Shown here piece after piece: positions 1 through 14,080 of a DNA stretch of 64,000 bases (within the stretch, counting starts at the first letter, position 1; each line of letters starts with the position of its first letter). The notes beneath the pieces were generated by a model. It was given only the letters and a program-made list of their open reading frames with translations, did no database searches and was not told where the DNA came from. The position numbers and the translations under genes were made by a program. The DNA comes from Podarcis vaucheri (lineage: Eukaryota), in assembly GCA_965113315.1 (NCBI GenBank), contig OZ220369.1; one strand, given 5' to 3'.

Positions 1-1807
1 TTGTGCAGGTATTGTCAACCCTTTCAGGCCCAGGACCCACTTTTAACCCAGCCATGCAACTGGGGACCCATTTATTATCCTTTTACCATAATTTGCATGA
101 TGGTAGTGCTCCTTTTATGACCCACCTTGGATCAGGCTGCGACCCACTAGTGAGTCCTGACCTGCCAGTTGAAGATCAGATCAGTGTGCTGGAGGATAGC
201 TGTGTTTTGCATATATATTTGAAAGGCTGCTGATAGTGGTTGCCTATAGAATGAGTAAGGTTTAATTACAGGAGAGGACCTCTTTTAGTTTAGAGGGAAA
301 AGAGCCTTTTTGGATTTAGCTGGGCTGTGCAAAGTTCCCACCCATCCCCCCAGTCTGAAAATAGGACAAAGAATATGCAGAGTCTGAGCAAGCAGTAATT
401 ATCCTTTAGCTGCAGAGGCAAAAAAACTACCTGATGTATTGCCGGACATAAATGGCAGGCATAGCCAAATACTAGCCTCTGTTAGCAGCAAAAGGTAAAA
501 AAAGGTTAGCAGCACACCACTGTGAAATGTAGTCATTCTAGTTGGTATCAGTGATACATTCTCATTTCAGAAGAAAACACATTCAAGTTGTTCATTCCAG
601 GGTTCTAAAAAAAATGTATTCTAAAAAAAGTACATTTAGGAATGACTCGTTAAAGAGGAAAAAAAATGTTTCCGAATGGGACTCCTAACTCTAAAACCTT
701 ATAAAGGGAATTGAGGAGAGAGGATGGGAAGTCTCAAGTAAACTTCCTTTTCCATAATGCCTTTATTAGGACCAAGCAAAATGTCATAAAGTTGTAAGCT
801 TCTGAATTCTGTAAAATGAATCTGGATACATACCATTTTTATTAGTTTGTGTAAATTTGTGTTTTTGTATATTTGGGGCTGTTACAATACTATCCGAATA
901 ATGTTTTGCCTGTAATTTTGACAGTTCTTGTGATCCTTTTTTTTTTTGGAAAACTGCCCTGAGGTTTTGTTTGTGTCAAAGATACTATTTTATTCTTCTT
1001 ATACATACAGTGCCCTTTATGTACACAGCACTTTACAGAGTTTTAGAAGGAAAAAACAGATCTTTTACCCCAAAGAACGTAGTCTAAAACATGACTGCTA
1101 GTAAGGGGGCTATGTGATAGGTATGGTGGAGGTGATATTGTAATTCTGGAAATACAGATATTTTCTTTTTTTTAAGTCTCTTTAAGTTGGTGCATACAGA
1201 TTATACGTTGTATTTAAAACGGCATCTGAAACTGCTAAGGTACCTTCCTTTCATGGTTTCTGTTCAGGGCCTGAGGAGTTGATTAGTTGCAACTGAAAGT
1301 GTTTCGCTAGTGTAAATGCATCCAAATCATTTCAGTCATTGAAGTACTGAAGCAATTTCCCACTGCTGAAACAGAAGCATGGCAGCCTGCAAAGAGAAGG
1401 AGGCTAAATATAGTAACATTTTTCCTCTGCACAAATGCCAAATGTCCACGTTTCTCCATGATTAACTTGAGGAGAAAAATAAGAACCTTTGCTCTCAACT
1501 ACTTCTGTTTTAAGTACATAAGATAATGTGTGTGTTTAGTCCATTAATAAAATGGTGACTGTTAAAGATGGGCGTCACAAACATAATGAGTGCTTCTCAA
1601 GAGCTTGTGCTGCTTCATGTTCACAAGATGCATGAAAAGTGACATTTGAGGTTTCCCATTTCATTTTACCCTTTTTAGGCCCTGAGTCTTATTGTGGGAG
1701 AAAAACACCAGTTTGGTATCCTTTAAGACCTGTTTTTCCTTAAGGCCTTTTTCTGTACATTCTTTATTTTTGGTGACTTCAAGTCGCATACTGTTCCCTC
1801 CTCCTTT

Positions 1808-1942
1808 CTACCAATGTGGTGCCCTCCGGTTGCTGTTGGACCACAGTTCCCATCATCCATGACGTGCTGGCAGAGGTGGGGGCGAGGGGGCTGATGGGAG
1901 TTGGAGTCCACAACATTTGGAGGGCACCATGTTGTCTACCTT
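1808..1942. mobile_element. Palindromic MITE-like repeat (squamate hairpin family); a partial copy lies at ~45590-45665
   Basis: Arms tggtgccctcc...ttggaccacagttcccatca and tgatgggagttggagtccac...ggagggcacca are near reverse complements. Confidence 0.65.
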
Positions 1943-4900
1943 TGCACTAATGCACATAAGCAGCGCAAGCTGCGTGCCTTCTGGCATTTTCATCCCCCAC
2001 AGACAGGAGTATGTACAGCTGGATGCTAGCTGTCTAGTCTCTCTGTTCACTGTTCTGCCTCTGCATGACTAATGAAAGCCTAAACACGCTTCCAAGGCTG
2101 TACCGATTGAAAAGGCTGGATCTGGATCTTGTACATGGCTCCCTAAGTAAACTACCACCTTCATTTAAATTTTGCAGCTGCGTGGTGTTGCGTACCCTGT
2201 TTTGCAAGTGACTTGACAGAAGGAGGATTTGGTGCAGAGAGGGAATGAGTCATTGGGAAGGATGTAGCAGAGAAAGTAGGCTTTCCTTCTGAAGACGGAC
2301 AGAGATCCCCATGAGAATAACTGCAATTGTAATTGGCAAAGTTTGGTTTGCTGCCTTAATGCTATTGTGTTTTGAATTCTACCCACACCCTCATTGTTAT
2401 CTTTTGGAGGAAGAGGAGCAGAGTGTTCCAGGTTCTAGGTAGCTTTGGGATCATTGCTATGCTATGGCTGACAGAATTGTTCTGCTCTCTGCCACTTCAT
2501 GATGTGTAGGATTCCTCAGATCTACATGCTTGTTACACAGCTTGAGGCTGCTGGTGCGTTTCCCCGGAGAAATCCTTGGATGCTTCCTTCCTGCCAGCCC
2601 ACTGGACATGAAATGAGTGTTTGAACAGGAGGGGCAGCCTCACATCGTCTGATTCAGCTGTGGATTTTTGGATAGCCTTGAGCAAGCCTCATGCCCGTAA
2701 AGTGGGGGCAGCCTTGAAATTTCCTTTGGGGAGCAGTTCTTTGCATTCTGTGACAGTGTTCTATAAATAACATTTCAAAACGCATAAAAGCCACAAAGCA
2801 GCCAAACCTCTAGAAAGTTTGTGTCAACGGGTGAAACTTCATGGGCTGTATTTTTCTTAAACTTCCCACATAGCTGCTTTGTTTCTTGTTCTAGAAGAGC
2901 CTGCTTCTAAATAGTCATGATACCATAAAAGCGATACCATGTCTGACATTCCGCAATGTGATCTGCACCCTGTTTTGCAAGTGGCTTGGCTATTTGAGAA
3001 AGGTACGCACTGAAGCACATAACCTTCCCAAAGTCAGCCTTGAATTCTGATCCCAAAACTGATTACGCAGACGCAAGCCCTGCTGCATTAAATGGGACTT
3101 GATTCCTAGTAATTGTGCTAGGATTTCAGCCTTTTGTATTCTACAAATTTCTAATTAACCCAAGTGAGCTCCAGGAATCTTAGCTGACTTTTGTGAAACT
3201 GGACATGTCTGATAAGGAGGTAATTAAATGAGCTGAGAGAGAAGGCAATCATTATAATCTCTAGCTGTAAACTATCTCCTTGTCTGCCAGATGTAAAACT
3301 TCTAGGAAGGCTGAAATTCTTTCAGGGGCAAGAAATATGATGCTGAGTTCATAATATCTCTGTTGCGGTTGGTTGTATGCAGTAAAGCTTTAGACAAAGG
3401 TCACTTGTGTTGCAAGATGGGCTCATGGGTTCCTTGTCGCAAAGCCTGAAGTCTTTGAACTATAGAAGTAAATGTTCTTATTCCGCAAACATTTTTGTGT
3501 TTTTGGCGTGGGAGGGGAGTGGTGGTCATACTCTCACTCAGTGTGACTAAACTTGACGAACTAAGTTGACTGCTAATTACATGCATTAATGATCTGTTGG
3601 CTTCATTTTTACAAATGAATAGATAAAGAAAGGGTTGTGTATCTGTTTACTTGAGATACTGAAGGGCAGTGGTGTAGGCTAGTCATTACTAATGGCATAT
3701 GTGCATGTATGTCCCACTGTGGCCTCTAGTTAAGCTAGTGTTGCATCATGTTTTGGTGCATCAAATTGTATCCTGAAACTGGAAGCATGACTAGTACTTG
3801 TAGACGGTCTTACTTAGATCCCTGTTGGATAGTGTGTATGAGAGATAATACGCCTGCCTAGCATGGAGAGGAATCCCTCAGGTTGCATACTTCCTTGGTT
3901 AACCTTTTTTTTTTTGGGGGGGGGATGCCAACAGTGGGCATGGCAAAGACCAAAGTAGGTAGAGATACTGAGCACAGACATGCAACATACACATTCACTC
4001 TCCCTGCTTAACAGTTAGGCTTGGAAAAAGCATTTGAGCCTTTATGGGAGCCCAGTTATGTGATCTTCCTGGAGATTACAGCTGGGAGGCTTGACCTTTC
4101 TTTAGCTGCATTCTCCATCCCTCCCCCCAGAAGAAACCCCAACAACTACTCTTGGAAAAAACATTCTGTTTGAGCCACTAGACAGATTTCCCCCAAGCTT
4201 AATTGTGGTGGGGGTGAAAAGGGGACACTGGGGGCTGGGTAGGGAGGCCCCATGGGCTGCATCCATACCACTGACTTATACACACACATTCCCAGAGCAC
4301 TTCTTGAAAGGTTTCTTTAATTTATTTTTAAAACTAATATTCCACCCTTCGTCATAAGACTCCACGGTGAGGTACAATAATAAATGCATAGAATAAACAT
4401 TAATAAAACAACACTTGTAAAATGGAGTTGTTCTTGAGATTAAGGCATCCCTCCTAGTGTATTAAAGGCTGGGTACCCTATTTTATTAATGGTTGTTGGT
4501 TTATATTTTGCTATATATTGCCTTGGCTCTTAAAAAGTGGTATGGAAAACTAACATGATCATATGTTCCTTATCTGATGCAAGGAATTTATTTCATTCTC
4601 TTCCCCCACCCCCCACCCTACTGTGTTGTTCTTCAGTGAGCTTGGGTCCCAGTTCCAGGAGCTGTAAGCCTCTTACAGCAACACTCGCCAAGGAAAACAA
4701 GGTTGAAGGTGCAGTCCAGTCCAAACAAACCAGGGTCAGACACCTGGAATCAGTTCAGGTGCAAAGCATGATGCAGAGGCTATGCCAGGCAGCAGTCCGA
4801 GGTCAATACCTCAGAGAGTCCAGGCAAAGTGCAGCACAACAAGGAGGGGACATGAGGCTTGGAAACAAGGAACCAGTGATATGGGAAGTTACTTGCAACT

Positions 4901-6479
4901 CGGAGGCTCAAGAGGCAGACTTTGTGTACTCAGACCTCCTAGACCACACCCTAACCACAGTTACTGGTGGTGAAGGAGTTTCAGGGATTACTTGCTCATG
5001 AGGATGCCCTTGACTCATGAGGCTCTGTGGACTTTGGGTCCACAGAGTATGCTCTGTTGTCAGTCTGGCCCAGAACTGGACCTTTTGGTGCCAGCAGATG
5101 CAGGGAGCGGGGCTCCCGCCTTCTCCTTTGATCCTCAACACTGATTCTGGGGGACACTGCCTGATCCCCAAGGGCCTTGGCTTGTGGGAAATCTGGTTTG
5201 TCCTTCAAAGACAGCACTTAGTGTCTGCTATTGGGTCAGGACTAGTCTTGACATACTGCCTCCAATCTCTTGGCTTATATGGGGAAGTCATTGCAATTTG
5301 ACTCCTTCATAATTGCTCCCATGGTACTAGCTCCGAGTTAGAACTATGCAGAGGCAGTGTTAGAAACTGAAATATGAAATATTATGTTTGTTTTTCACAT
5401 GGTTTAGTCCTTCCCTCTAATATTCTTCAGAGGGGCTCTTCTCCAGTTTTCAAAGAGTAGTTGGAAGTGGGAAGGCAGGAAAAAGGTCCTCCTTTCCTTC
5501 CACTCTGCAGTTTTAATCTGAAATCTTAGGCTTACTGAAATTTTACTGCACCCAGAGCTCAGAAACTGCTTGCCCTAATGAAATTCCCTGTCACAAAATG
5601 CGCCTAGAACAATGGGAGTTTTGAACACTGTGCAGAGGTCATGGGGGCCTTGCTTCTGTCAAACCACAGATGTAGGAAGTATGTTGCCTTAATGGTGGCA
5701 AGCTATGTTATGTTTTGTAGAAAGGGAAACTTTTTTAAAAAAGCAAAAGTGCTGAGTATCAAAACATTTGAAAATTAAACCTAGTAAGTTGGTCATGTCC
5801 ATTAATTTCCATGGGTCTGTTCTTAGTAGGACTAATGTTCAATACAACCATATAAGGTTGCAAGTTGATTCACTTGTGAAACATTTTCCAAAGCAACAGA
5901 AGCTGTTTTGACATGTGTTGTGGTACCCTGAGACTTTCATTGTGGTCTGTGGACAGCAGCCTTGAGCAAGTGCAGCCCCACAAGTGGTAACGGTCTTTGG
6001 TTTCGCCATCAGTCTGAAGAAACACAATTTTTTAAGGAAAGCAAAAGAGAATCTCTAAAACCAGTAGGTGGGGTGATCTCCCTTTTGGCTAACTTTCCCC
6101 ATGTTAGGGAATTCTCTTCACTTGGGAACAGGACATCTCTGATGAGGCTGTGCCAAGATGGCCTTTAGGACACTTGAGTGACATCAACCTGACTGTGAGC
6201 TACATTCAGGTAGATATGGCTGGGCTGTCTTTTGGCTGATGCATTTGATGGTTCCTGCTCCTCCCTCTTGATTTTCAGAACACCTCTTTTCTGTTTGTGT
6301 AAGTCTCCTTAGCCTCATGTTACAATGGGAAAACACAGGACTCTGACCTATTTGCTTCTCCCTATACCAGTGCAAGACTTATGCAGTCCCAACTGGTGCC
6401 ATGACATGTTCAGAAACGAACTCTCGTTCTCCGTGGCGGGAAGTCTCGTGTCAAAATGATTGCTAGGCTCATGCCTTGC

Positions 6480-6665
6480 CTTTAGTCTTGTAGTGCTTGA
6501 ACTGCACACCTATGACCTGGGAGAGCTGGATTTGAATCCCCACCCAGCCATAAAGCTCACTGAGTGACCATCTCTTAGCCTGACCTGCCTCAGAGGTTTG
6601 CTGTGAGAATGAAGTAGAGAGGAAGAGAACCATGAGATCATTGGAAGATAAAGGTGCTGTATAAA
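6480..6665 (+). mobile_element. Old Squam3/MIR(Ther1)-like SINE
   Basis: tRNA-like head (tgtagtg...gacctgggagagctggatttgaatcccca) and body similar to 17865-18063. Confidence 0.55.
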
Positions 6666-7636
6666 CCAACCAACCAATATTTCCCCCACTCTGAATTGAT
6701 GCATTGGCAAACTAATCAAAAACCTCAGTCTTGCATACTTGCACCTTCACTGTCTCCCCTCCCCTTAAAAAATATATATGCCTGTGCTCTTTCGCTTCAT
6801 GGGAGGTGTGGGGTGTGTGTGTTTTAATTCCAAACTGGTGCACTGATGATCCTTGAGGGTGGGTGGGTTGTATACTGCATTTGAAAATAGCTGTCATCTG
6901 CCATTCTTTCGAGGATAGACTGGAATGATGCACAGTCTGAAATTCTGTCAGCAGCTTGAAAACTGGCACTGGCCACCCAGATCTGTGGATGCCAGGAAGA
7001 GCTGCTGTGTGCTCCTTATGTGTCTGTGGTGAAAGCCAAAATGCACTGGCAGCTTAGAGCTGCAACCAGTTCAATTTAATGCCACTGAAGACTTCTTTGG
7101 AACTGGGCTTTCTTGTTTTTTCAAAGGCATGCCACCTCCAGCTAGTTATCCCTTGATGTGAGGGAAAATGTGAAGTGTTTAATCCGGCTAGAGGGTGAGA
7201 GCTATATGGAATGGCCTTTTTATTTTTATTTTTTTTTGCAACACCTCCCTTTTAGGTTAACCAAACATGCCCTGGATGTTGAGGGCATTGAACTTAAGCA
7301 TAGTTTTTGAAAGAAGGATGCACACTGTCCCGGAGAACAGTTCTGAGGATGGCCAAGTGCCATTTCCTTTACAGTAATGCTTTTTTGCTATATGTTCAGC
7401 ATTTATCGCAGTGCGGTCAGTGTGATAAAACTAGCCGCTTGCTACATGCCTGTGACAACAACTGCTTAGCAACTAACTGTAACATGAAACAAGTGTTTGA
7501 TGTTTTGATGGAGCTTATAGTGAAGAAGTAGGTACTGTTACTCTTTGCCTGGAAGACCTTCAGCATGCCTAACTCCTCTGGATTTATCATCTTAACTGTG
7601 TAAATTTTATGTGATATAGAATTTTCTCTTGAGCTA

Positions 7637-7819
7637 GGGCAGATCCACACCAAACATTTAAAACAGATCCAACATACATTTCAAGCACACAACTTCCTCA
7701 AAAGAATTATGTAGTTTTCACCATACAGACCTACAGTTCTTTGTACCCATAACAAACTACAGTTCCTGGTATTCCTTGGGGAAAGCCATGTGCTTTAAAT
7801 GTATGGTATGGAGCTGCCC
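7637..7819. mobile_element. MITE with 26-bp imperfect TIRs (GGGC... ends, possibly PIF/Harbinger-like)
   Basis: Left end GGGCAGATCCACACCAAACATTTAAA versus reverse complement of the right end GGGCAGCTCCATACCATACATTTAAA. Confidence 0.6.
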
Positions 7820-10800
7820 GTACTTGCCTGAAATTAACATAGATAATTACTAGGACTCCAGTAAATATGGAGGAAAGAGCTTGCAACTTCCTTACCTATT
7901 TTTATAGACATATACAAGCAGACTAATGGGAAATGGTAACAGGGAACATAAGATTATTGCCCTGCTCTGTGCATGCCATTAAATCAGTGTATCTGTAGGT
8001 GTTCCAGGTCTGCAATACCTATAATTTGTTTGGGCATTGGTTTTTTTTTTAATGCGTGTGTTGCTAACCAGCTTATCTGCCCATGGGATATTGTTTGTGT
8101 GTGTGTGTGGAGATAGAGATTTTAATTGAATAGAATATATGCATTCACATTGTTAGTAGTGCTGTTGACCTCACTTGGTTGGGCTGTGTTTGCATGAACA
8201 AAGATGAGCAATATGAACACACCTATAGTGCTTAGCAAGAGCCTGTAGTACCTGTACATGTGTCTACGCACCCTCCTCCAATTCCGTGATAGATTTGAGC
8301 AAAGCTGGTGTTTGTCTAAAGAAGAGTGACTTGTAAAAATGTGAATGGCAGGTTCTGGAATCTCCCCCCCACAACTGCCACATTTAGAACACTTTCTTTT
8401 TGGTTAAACACACATTGCAGCAGTTGTGAATATGGTTTTCTCCTAATCAGTGTTGTTAATTAAGCCAATTTCTGCCTTGAGCCCTTGGAATCTGTTGCCA
8501 GCAAATAAACAGCAGCAGTTTAGTTCTGCTTTCAGTAGCTTGGGAGAACCTAGTTTTGCAAACCACACGCTCTCTTTCACAGCTATGCTTTAAAAAGGAC
8601 TAAATTGACCAATAATGACTGTATAAAATGCATGTGTGAAATCTAGATATTGTGTTAGTCTTTGGAATGAGTACTAACTAAGTCAGATTCAGTGATGGAA
8701 TATTGACTTTTAAACTTCCGGTCACCATATCCCTGTTACCATGAAATTCCTATTTTTGGAAAACAGCCCCATATTGGCTCTTGCTCTTTCCGTTTATATT
8801 TTGTTAAGCTGTCCTATTTTTTTCTGGTGGCCTTTGCAGACTTCTGCCTCCCCAGATTTAATGTCCTCAGTGTCGTAATCTTTTGTAATCAGTTTTACTA
8901 ATTATAGTTAACAAACAAAAATGCTAACATGCACATCATTAACTTAGGTTGCTATGGAGTGTGATGATGGATTATTGCAGACAGTTTCCTCAGGTCTCCC
9001 CATTTCCCCAGTTCAGCTGAGGCTTGTCTCATGGTGACACGTAGCCTAAGGATGACAATGAAGAAATCTACTTAATTAAGCCTGGAAAAATACCACCTGC
9101 CCCAGGATCCATTGTGGAGGAAGAAAGAGGAGAGGGGGCAGCTGTGCTGCCCTGTTGGCTTCTTTGTGGTAGCCTGGTCTAAGGTGAATGTGCTGATCAT
9201 GTTTAAGTCCAGAAAAACTGGCTTAGTGTGGCCTTGTGGTTGAGTAATTGACAAGGGGCCCTGAGTCCCAGTTTTGCTGTTCTGTCTTCTGGAGCCTTCA
9301 GGTGCCTTAAAGGAACAGATCAACTGAAAGGTCTTACACTTGTTCCAGAGAACTAAGAAAAGGGCTTTATGCCCCCCAGAGGATTCTACTTGCAGAAAGA
9401 GCTTCATAGAAGCCACTGAAAAGCAAACCATACAATGAGACCAGCTTGTCTGACATGCTGCGAGTTACTTACTGATTAACATGAATTATGCAAGGTGGGG
9501 AAGGTTGCTAAAAAAGAGCAACAAGAGGAGCTTTGTTTTCATGGGGATCTTTAGAGCCAGCATGCAGCAAATCCCCCCTCTCCCCCCTTGCTCTGTTTTT
9601 TATCTGTTTGCTTCTTGGAAAGGCTGAAGTAAGTAAAGAGAGCTGGAGGAAGCGTTTTCACAAGGGCTCTTTTCAGCATGGTGAAGGTCATGATGGCTCC
9701 TGTCCTCTTTGTGTCTCTTTCCCAACGAAGGTTACCCTCACAAAAGCTTTTCTCTGCTGTTTCTCCTTCCTTGTTGTGGCTCTTGCAAATGCCACCGTGA
9801 AAAATGCTCTCCCTTTCCTCCATTGCCTGTCCTCCGGCAGCCCTTCAGAAAGCCTCTCTTCTCCTTGCCGTGCATTGTTCTGCTGCAGTAAATGATCCCG
9901 TGATGCAACATTGCAGATCTTTTCCCTCCCCTCCCTTCGGGATCAGATAGCATGAAGCAATGCAGCTCCCCTCCCCACGGGAACTGCCACCACAGGAGCA
10001 GTTTGGAGAGTAGCCAATGGGTGGGGCTGGGCTGGATCACTAGGCAGATTAATCTTCACGGTGGGTGACTAAAAGGTATGTGCAATTAAAAAGGCGCAGG
10101 CGATGCTAGGGCACAGAGCGTTGAAAGCCTTCCTGCTCACACAGCTGCTTTGTCTTGAGGGTTGTTGTGTATGTTGCTGAGGATGTGTAACTTTTACTCT
10201 CTCCTCCTCGAAAAGCAGCTGCCACACGCATCCCAGTGGCTTGTTGCATGAGAAGACATGCTGTGCCAAATAGTTACACAGCCCTGAGATTTAGGTGTGG
10301 GCGAACAAGTATTGTGCAATCTGTGTTAGGGCTGAAAAAAATAGGGCAATCTCTGTGGTAGTAATCTGGCAATAGTGTCTCCAGCTGTGCCTGGTTTTTA
10401 AAACTGTAGATGGAGAAATTGGACTGCATAGGTTTCCTTCCTCCCACAGATATTGTAAATTTGGCCTTTGCCTCTGATTATAGGAAAGTTCCTTAAACCA
10501 GCACAGACCATTTATCCATCTAGCCTAGTATTAGGCTCTCTGACTGGCTGTGGCCCTTTGGGCTCTTGGATTCGGAGGCCTTTCCCGTCACCTGCTTCTG
10601 AAATCTCCAGGCATTGAGCCTGGGACTTGCTACATGCAAAGTATGTGTTCTGCTACGGAGCTGTGGTCCCCCCCCCCCCTCCTTTGATTGGCTGTGCTGA
10701 TTTCTCCAATGCAGCCAGTGAGCTTTGTGTAGCTAGCAGAGATTTCAAGGCTGGGAGTCCTACATCGCCCCATCAGTTGTTTTTGAAAACACTTAAGAGT

Positions 10801-12584
10801 CATCTGAACAGAACGTGCTCTACTACCCCTTGCACTGTACGAGGTTTCTGCACCCCATGAGTCTTAGACCAGCTAGCATTGGAGAACTTGAAGCAAGTAA
10901 TAACCCTCAAATTCTGTGGCGGGATTTCTGCTTCTACTGAAGAGCATTAGTGGCCCCCTTGTTCCCTGTGGCAGAGATGTAGGGCCTTTCCTGGCAATAC
11001 TCAGCAGGTTTCCCTTCCTGTGGAACTTCTTTGGTGGTGCCAGTTCTCACACATGGATGAGTCTGTGGATTTCGCTAGTGTCTATGAGCCTGGAGAGAGA
11101 ATGACGCTGAGGGAATTGTGCTGCTGACACATTGTTTTTGCCATGTGGCTAGTCCATGTAACTGTGTTTCTGGGTTTTTGACTCTTGTTCTTTCACTGCT
11201 TGGGCCCAAAACGTCTAATTCAGACTCTTGAAAATGGAGTCAGGTGTGTCAAAATTGGAAGCTGGATGGTTCTTTTTCTCAGCTATAATTAAAGGGTAAT
11301 TAAAGATACATGAAGGTTGTCTGACAACCTTGGTTGTTCTTGCACTTTCTCTAGTGAGATAGCACTGTTTTGTCATCTTTCTCCAGGTTAGTTTATTTTC
11401 TGTTTTGAAAAGGAACATTTATAGAACATCTGTGGAACTGTAATACTTACAGAATAACTTATTTTGTTCAAAGGAGCTGGGAGTTCAGTTAAAGGGTCTT
11501 TACAGGTGGATTTATTAAAACTGGATTATTTCAGAACTTCCATCTTGTCTATCCCGTTTGGGAACATTAAAAATCTTTCCAGGGGCTGTGTCAAATTAGT
11601 CATACTCAAAGCAGACATGTCTGTTGATTTCAATAGGACTATCTTGTGTATTGGCTTCAAACCCACATTTGTAAATTAGTGGTCAAACAGATCCCCTGCT
11701 CGCTGGGGTTGCAAAAAACACAGAAACTTCCTTGGTTGACTGGTGTGTGCAAACTGTGGTGCTGATATCCAGGGATATGAAATGTTTTATCTGGTTTTTC
11801 CTAGGAATTCCCAACTATTCTTCCAAACCTGGCTGAAGCTGCGATTTACAGCATTGTCTAGATAGTAAGCCCATGGGCAGGACTTGGTTATTAGTTCTAT
11901 TTTTTAAAACTGTATAGCAGTGCCTTGCAAATAATAAATATTATTACTAAACTGTGAGCAAGTTGGAAAATACACACATTCAATAAATCCTTTGATCTGG
12001 TTACTTTTAAGGCTGATTGAACTGAAGCATATTGGAGCTGTGGCATACCTTTATGTAAAAGACTTTTTCTTTCAGTATAAAGCATAATTTAAAAAAAATA
12101 TATATTTAGGGGTATTCAAAACTGAATATTGTATCACAGCTTTGTTTGTTTGTTTACTTACTTACTTATAAAGTGTGAGGGGAAGGATAGGAGCAGCTGA
12201 GTAAAAAAGCAGTTTGTTTGAAACTTTGTTTCTAACAGACTAAAGCCATGATGTGAAGCACAGTTACTGCATTGAAAGTTTAACAGGAATAAATTCAAAA
12301 TAAATATGCAAGTCAAACTTTTATTGTGTGCGCCAATGGTTGCGACATCATCCCTAACATCGACAGACACTAAATACACAATAAAATCATAAGCAAATCT
12401 AACAGAAACCTTTGTTTACAAGGACAGATAAAACAGAGGGGAGTCACATATGGATTGCAGAATAAATATGCTTAGCATCACAGCCTCAGTGCTGGAAATT
12501 TCAGCCAACTAAAATGTGGTTTGACAACATGTTCTGTCTGTGTGAGCCTTTAATACATATTCTTTTTCTTTCTTTCTCCCCTAG

Positions 12585-12905
12585 ATATGGACGTGTTGAA
12601 AGTGTCAAAATTCTCCCCAAAAGGGGGTCAGAAGGTGGCGTGGCAGCCTTTGTGGATTTTGTGGACATCAAGAGTGCCCAGAAGGCACACAACTCTGTCA
12701 ACAAAATGGGAGATAGAGACCTTCGGACGGATTATAATGAACCGGGAACCATTCCTAGCGCTGCTCGGGGATTGGATGATACAGTTTCCATAGCATCTCG
12801 TAGTAGAGAGGTTTCTGGGTTCAGAGGAGGTGGTGGTGGGCCCACGTATGGCCCACCACCATCGCTTCATGCACGGGAAGGACGCTATGAGCGGAGACTT
12901 GATGG
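12585..12905 (+). CDS. SPEN: SPEN exon 2 (321 nt; C-terminal part of RRM1)
   Basis: Acceptor tttctcccctAG|ATATGG, donor GATGG|GTAAGT; encodes YGRVESVKILPKRGSEGG...RYERRLDG. Confidence 0.96.
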
Positions 12906-14080
12906 GTAAGTTCCAAGGTTTCACTAGGCAGGTATTTTGTATTTGATGTGGTGAGAAACACAAACTCCTGTATAGGGCCCCCAGATGGATTTAAAATTTG
13001 GGGATTTATCTGCGTTTCCTATTTTGGGTTTGGAAACGGAAGTGATTCCCGCCCCAGTGGCTGGTATCTTGTGGATCTGTAGAGGATATTTCCTGCAGCT
13101 GGTTGGATACTTGGTCCTAAGACGGAAGACTTCCGATGGTCATCCTCGATTATGGAGCTATTCTTCTAGAACTTCTAGAACAATCTCATTCTTGGATAAC
13201 GTTAAGGCTTTACTCGGATGTATCCTTATTATCAAATGGAGCTATTTCGTTACTGCAAGCCTCAAAACCCAGTATGGAGTATCTTCAGAATGTAGAACCT
13301 ACAAAGTCTTGGAGAAGCTTCATGGCTAGTTTTTTCAGGGTTTTTCTGGTGTGCATAGTTTATGTATAGAATTGGATTGATTCCAAAAATTTCTAGTAGG
13401 CTTTTTAAAAGTTATGCATTCATCGTCTTGGATTCTACAAACAACCTCTAGCCATGGGAATACATTGTGGTATGGTGAAGACAGCAGAAGGCAGCTTTTG
13501 ATGTTTCCACTTTTGGATCTACACCACTTCCGTATATCTTGGGATTACTGTTCCTCATGGTATTGGCAAAAGTGAAGGAGATGGACACTGCTAAATCTTG
13601 GAAATTACAGGCCGTCTGTTAAGGTGCTGGAATAATGGCTACTACCTCGAATTTGTGGGATGGTACACAGCCAAGATCCCAGTGGCCCAGGGGAGTGGAT
13701 TACTATCTAGACTTGTTAAGAGCGCACTTGTCACTGTACAGTTAAAAGGCACTTTAGCTTTAAAGACTGTTTATAATCAGCTTGTGGATACATAAAGAGA
13801 AAATTGACTTTGTTGGATGGTTACAAAGATGGACAGAGGATGTCTGCTAGCCAGCAGTGAGACATTCATCTATTCATATATTGGTGTATTTTCTACCAAC
13901 TGTTTGATTCAGACTTAGAGCTGGAGTCACTCTCTTTTGTTGGATATACCTAGACGTGATTTGCTGCCTGAAGAATGAAGTCTGGGGGTTACAGAATCCT
14001 CATGTCAATCTGGGACAACTGGCTTCCAGTGGATTTTTTCCCCTGTTTGTCACTAAGATTTTTTTTCTTGCTCGCTCATC

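Noticed and set aside
2195-2983. Shared 17-mer ACCCTGTTTTGCAAGTG at ~2195 and ~2967
   Set aside because: Too short and isolated to assign a function or a family.
4537-5301. Cluster of overlapping ORFs, possibly an LTR-like segment in intron 1
   Set aside because: No protein motifs, and no paired LTR, PBS or TSD that I could define; probably a decayed repeat but unclassifiable by eye.
12985-13795. Short ORFs in intron 2 (e.g. 13136-13369 MVILDYGAILLELL...)
   Set aside because: No recognisable homology, and no splice sites found that join them in frame to SPEN; treated as a non-coding motif-rich region.
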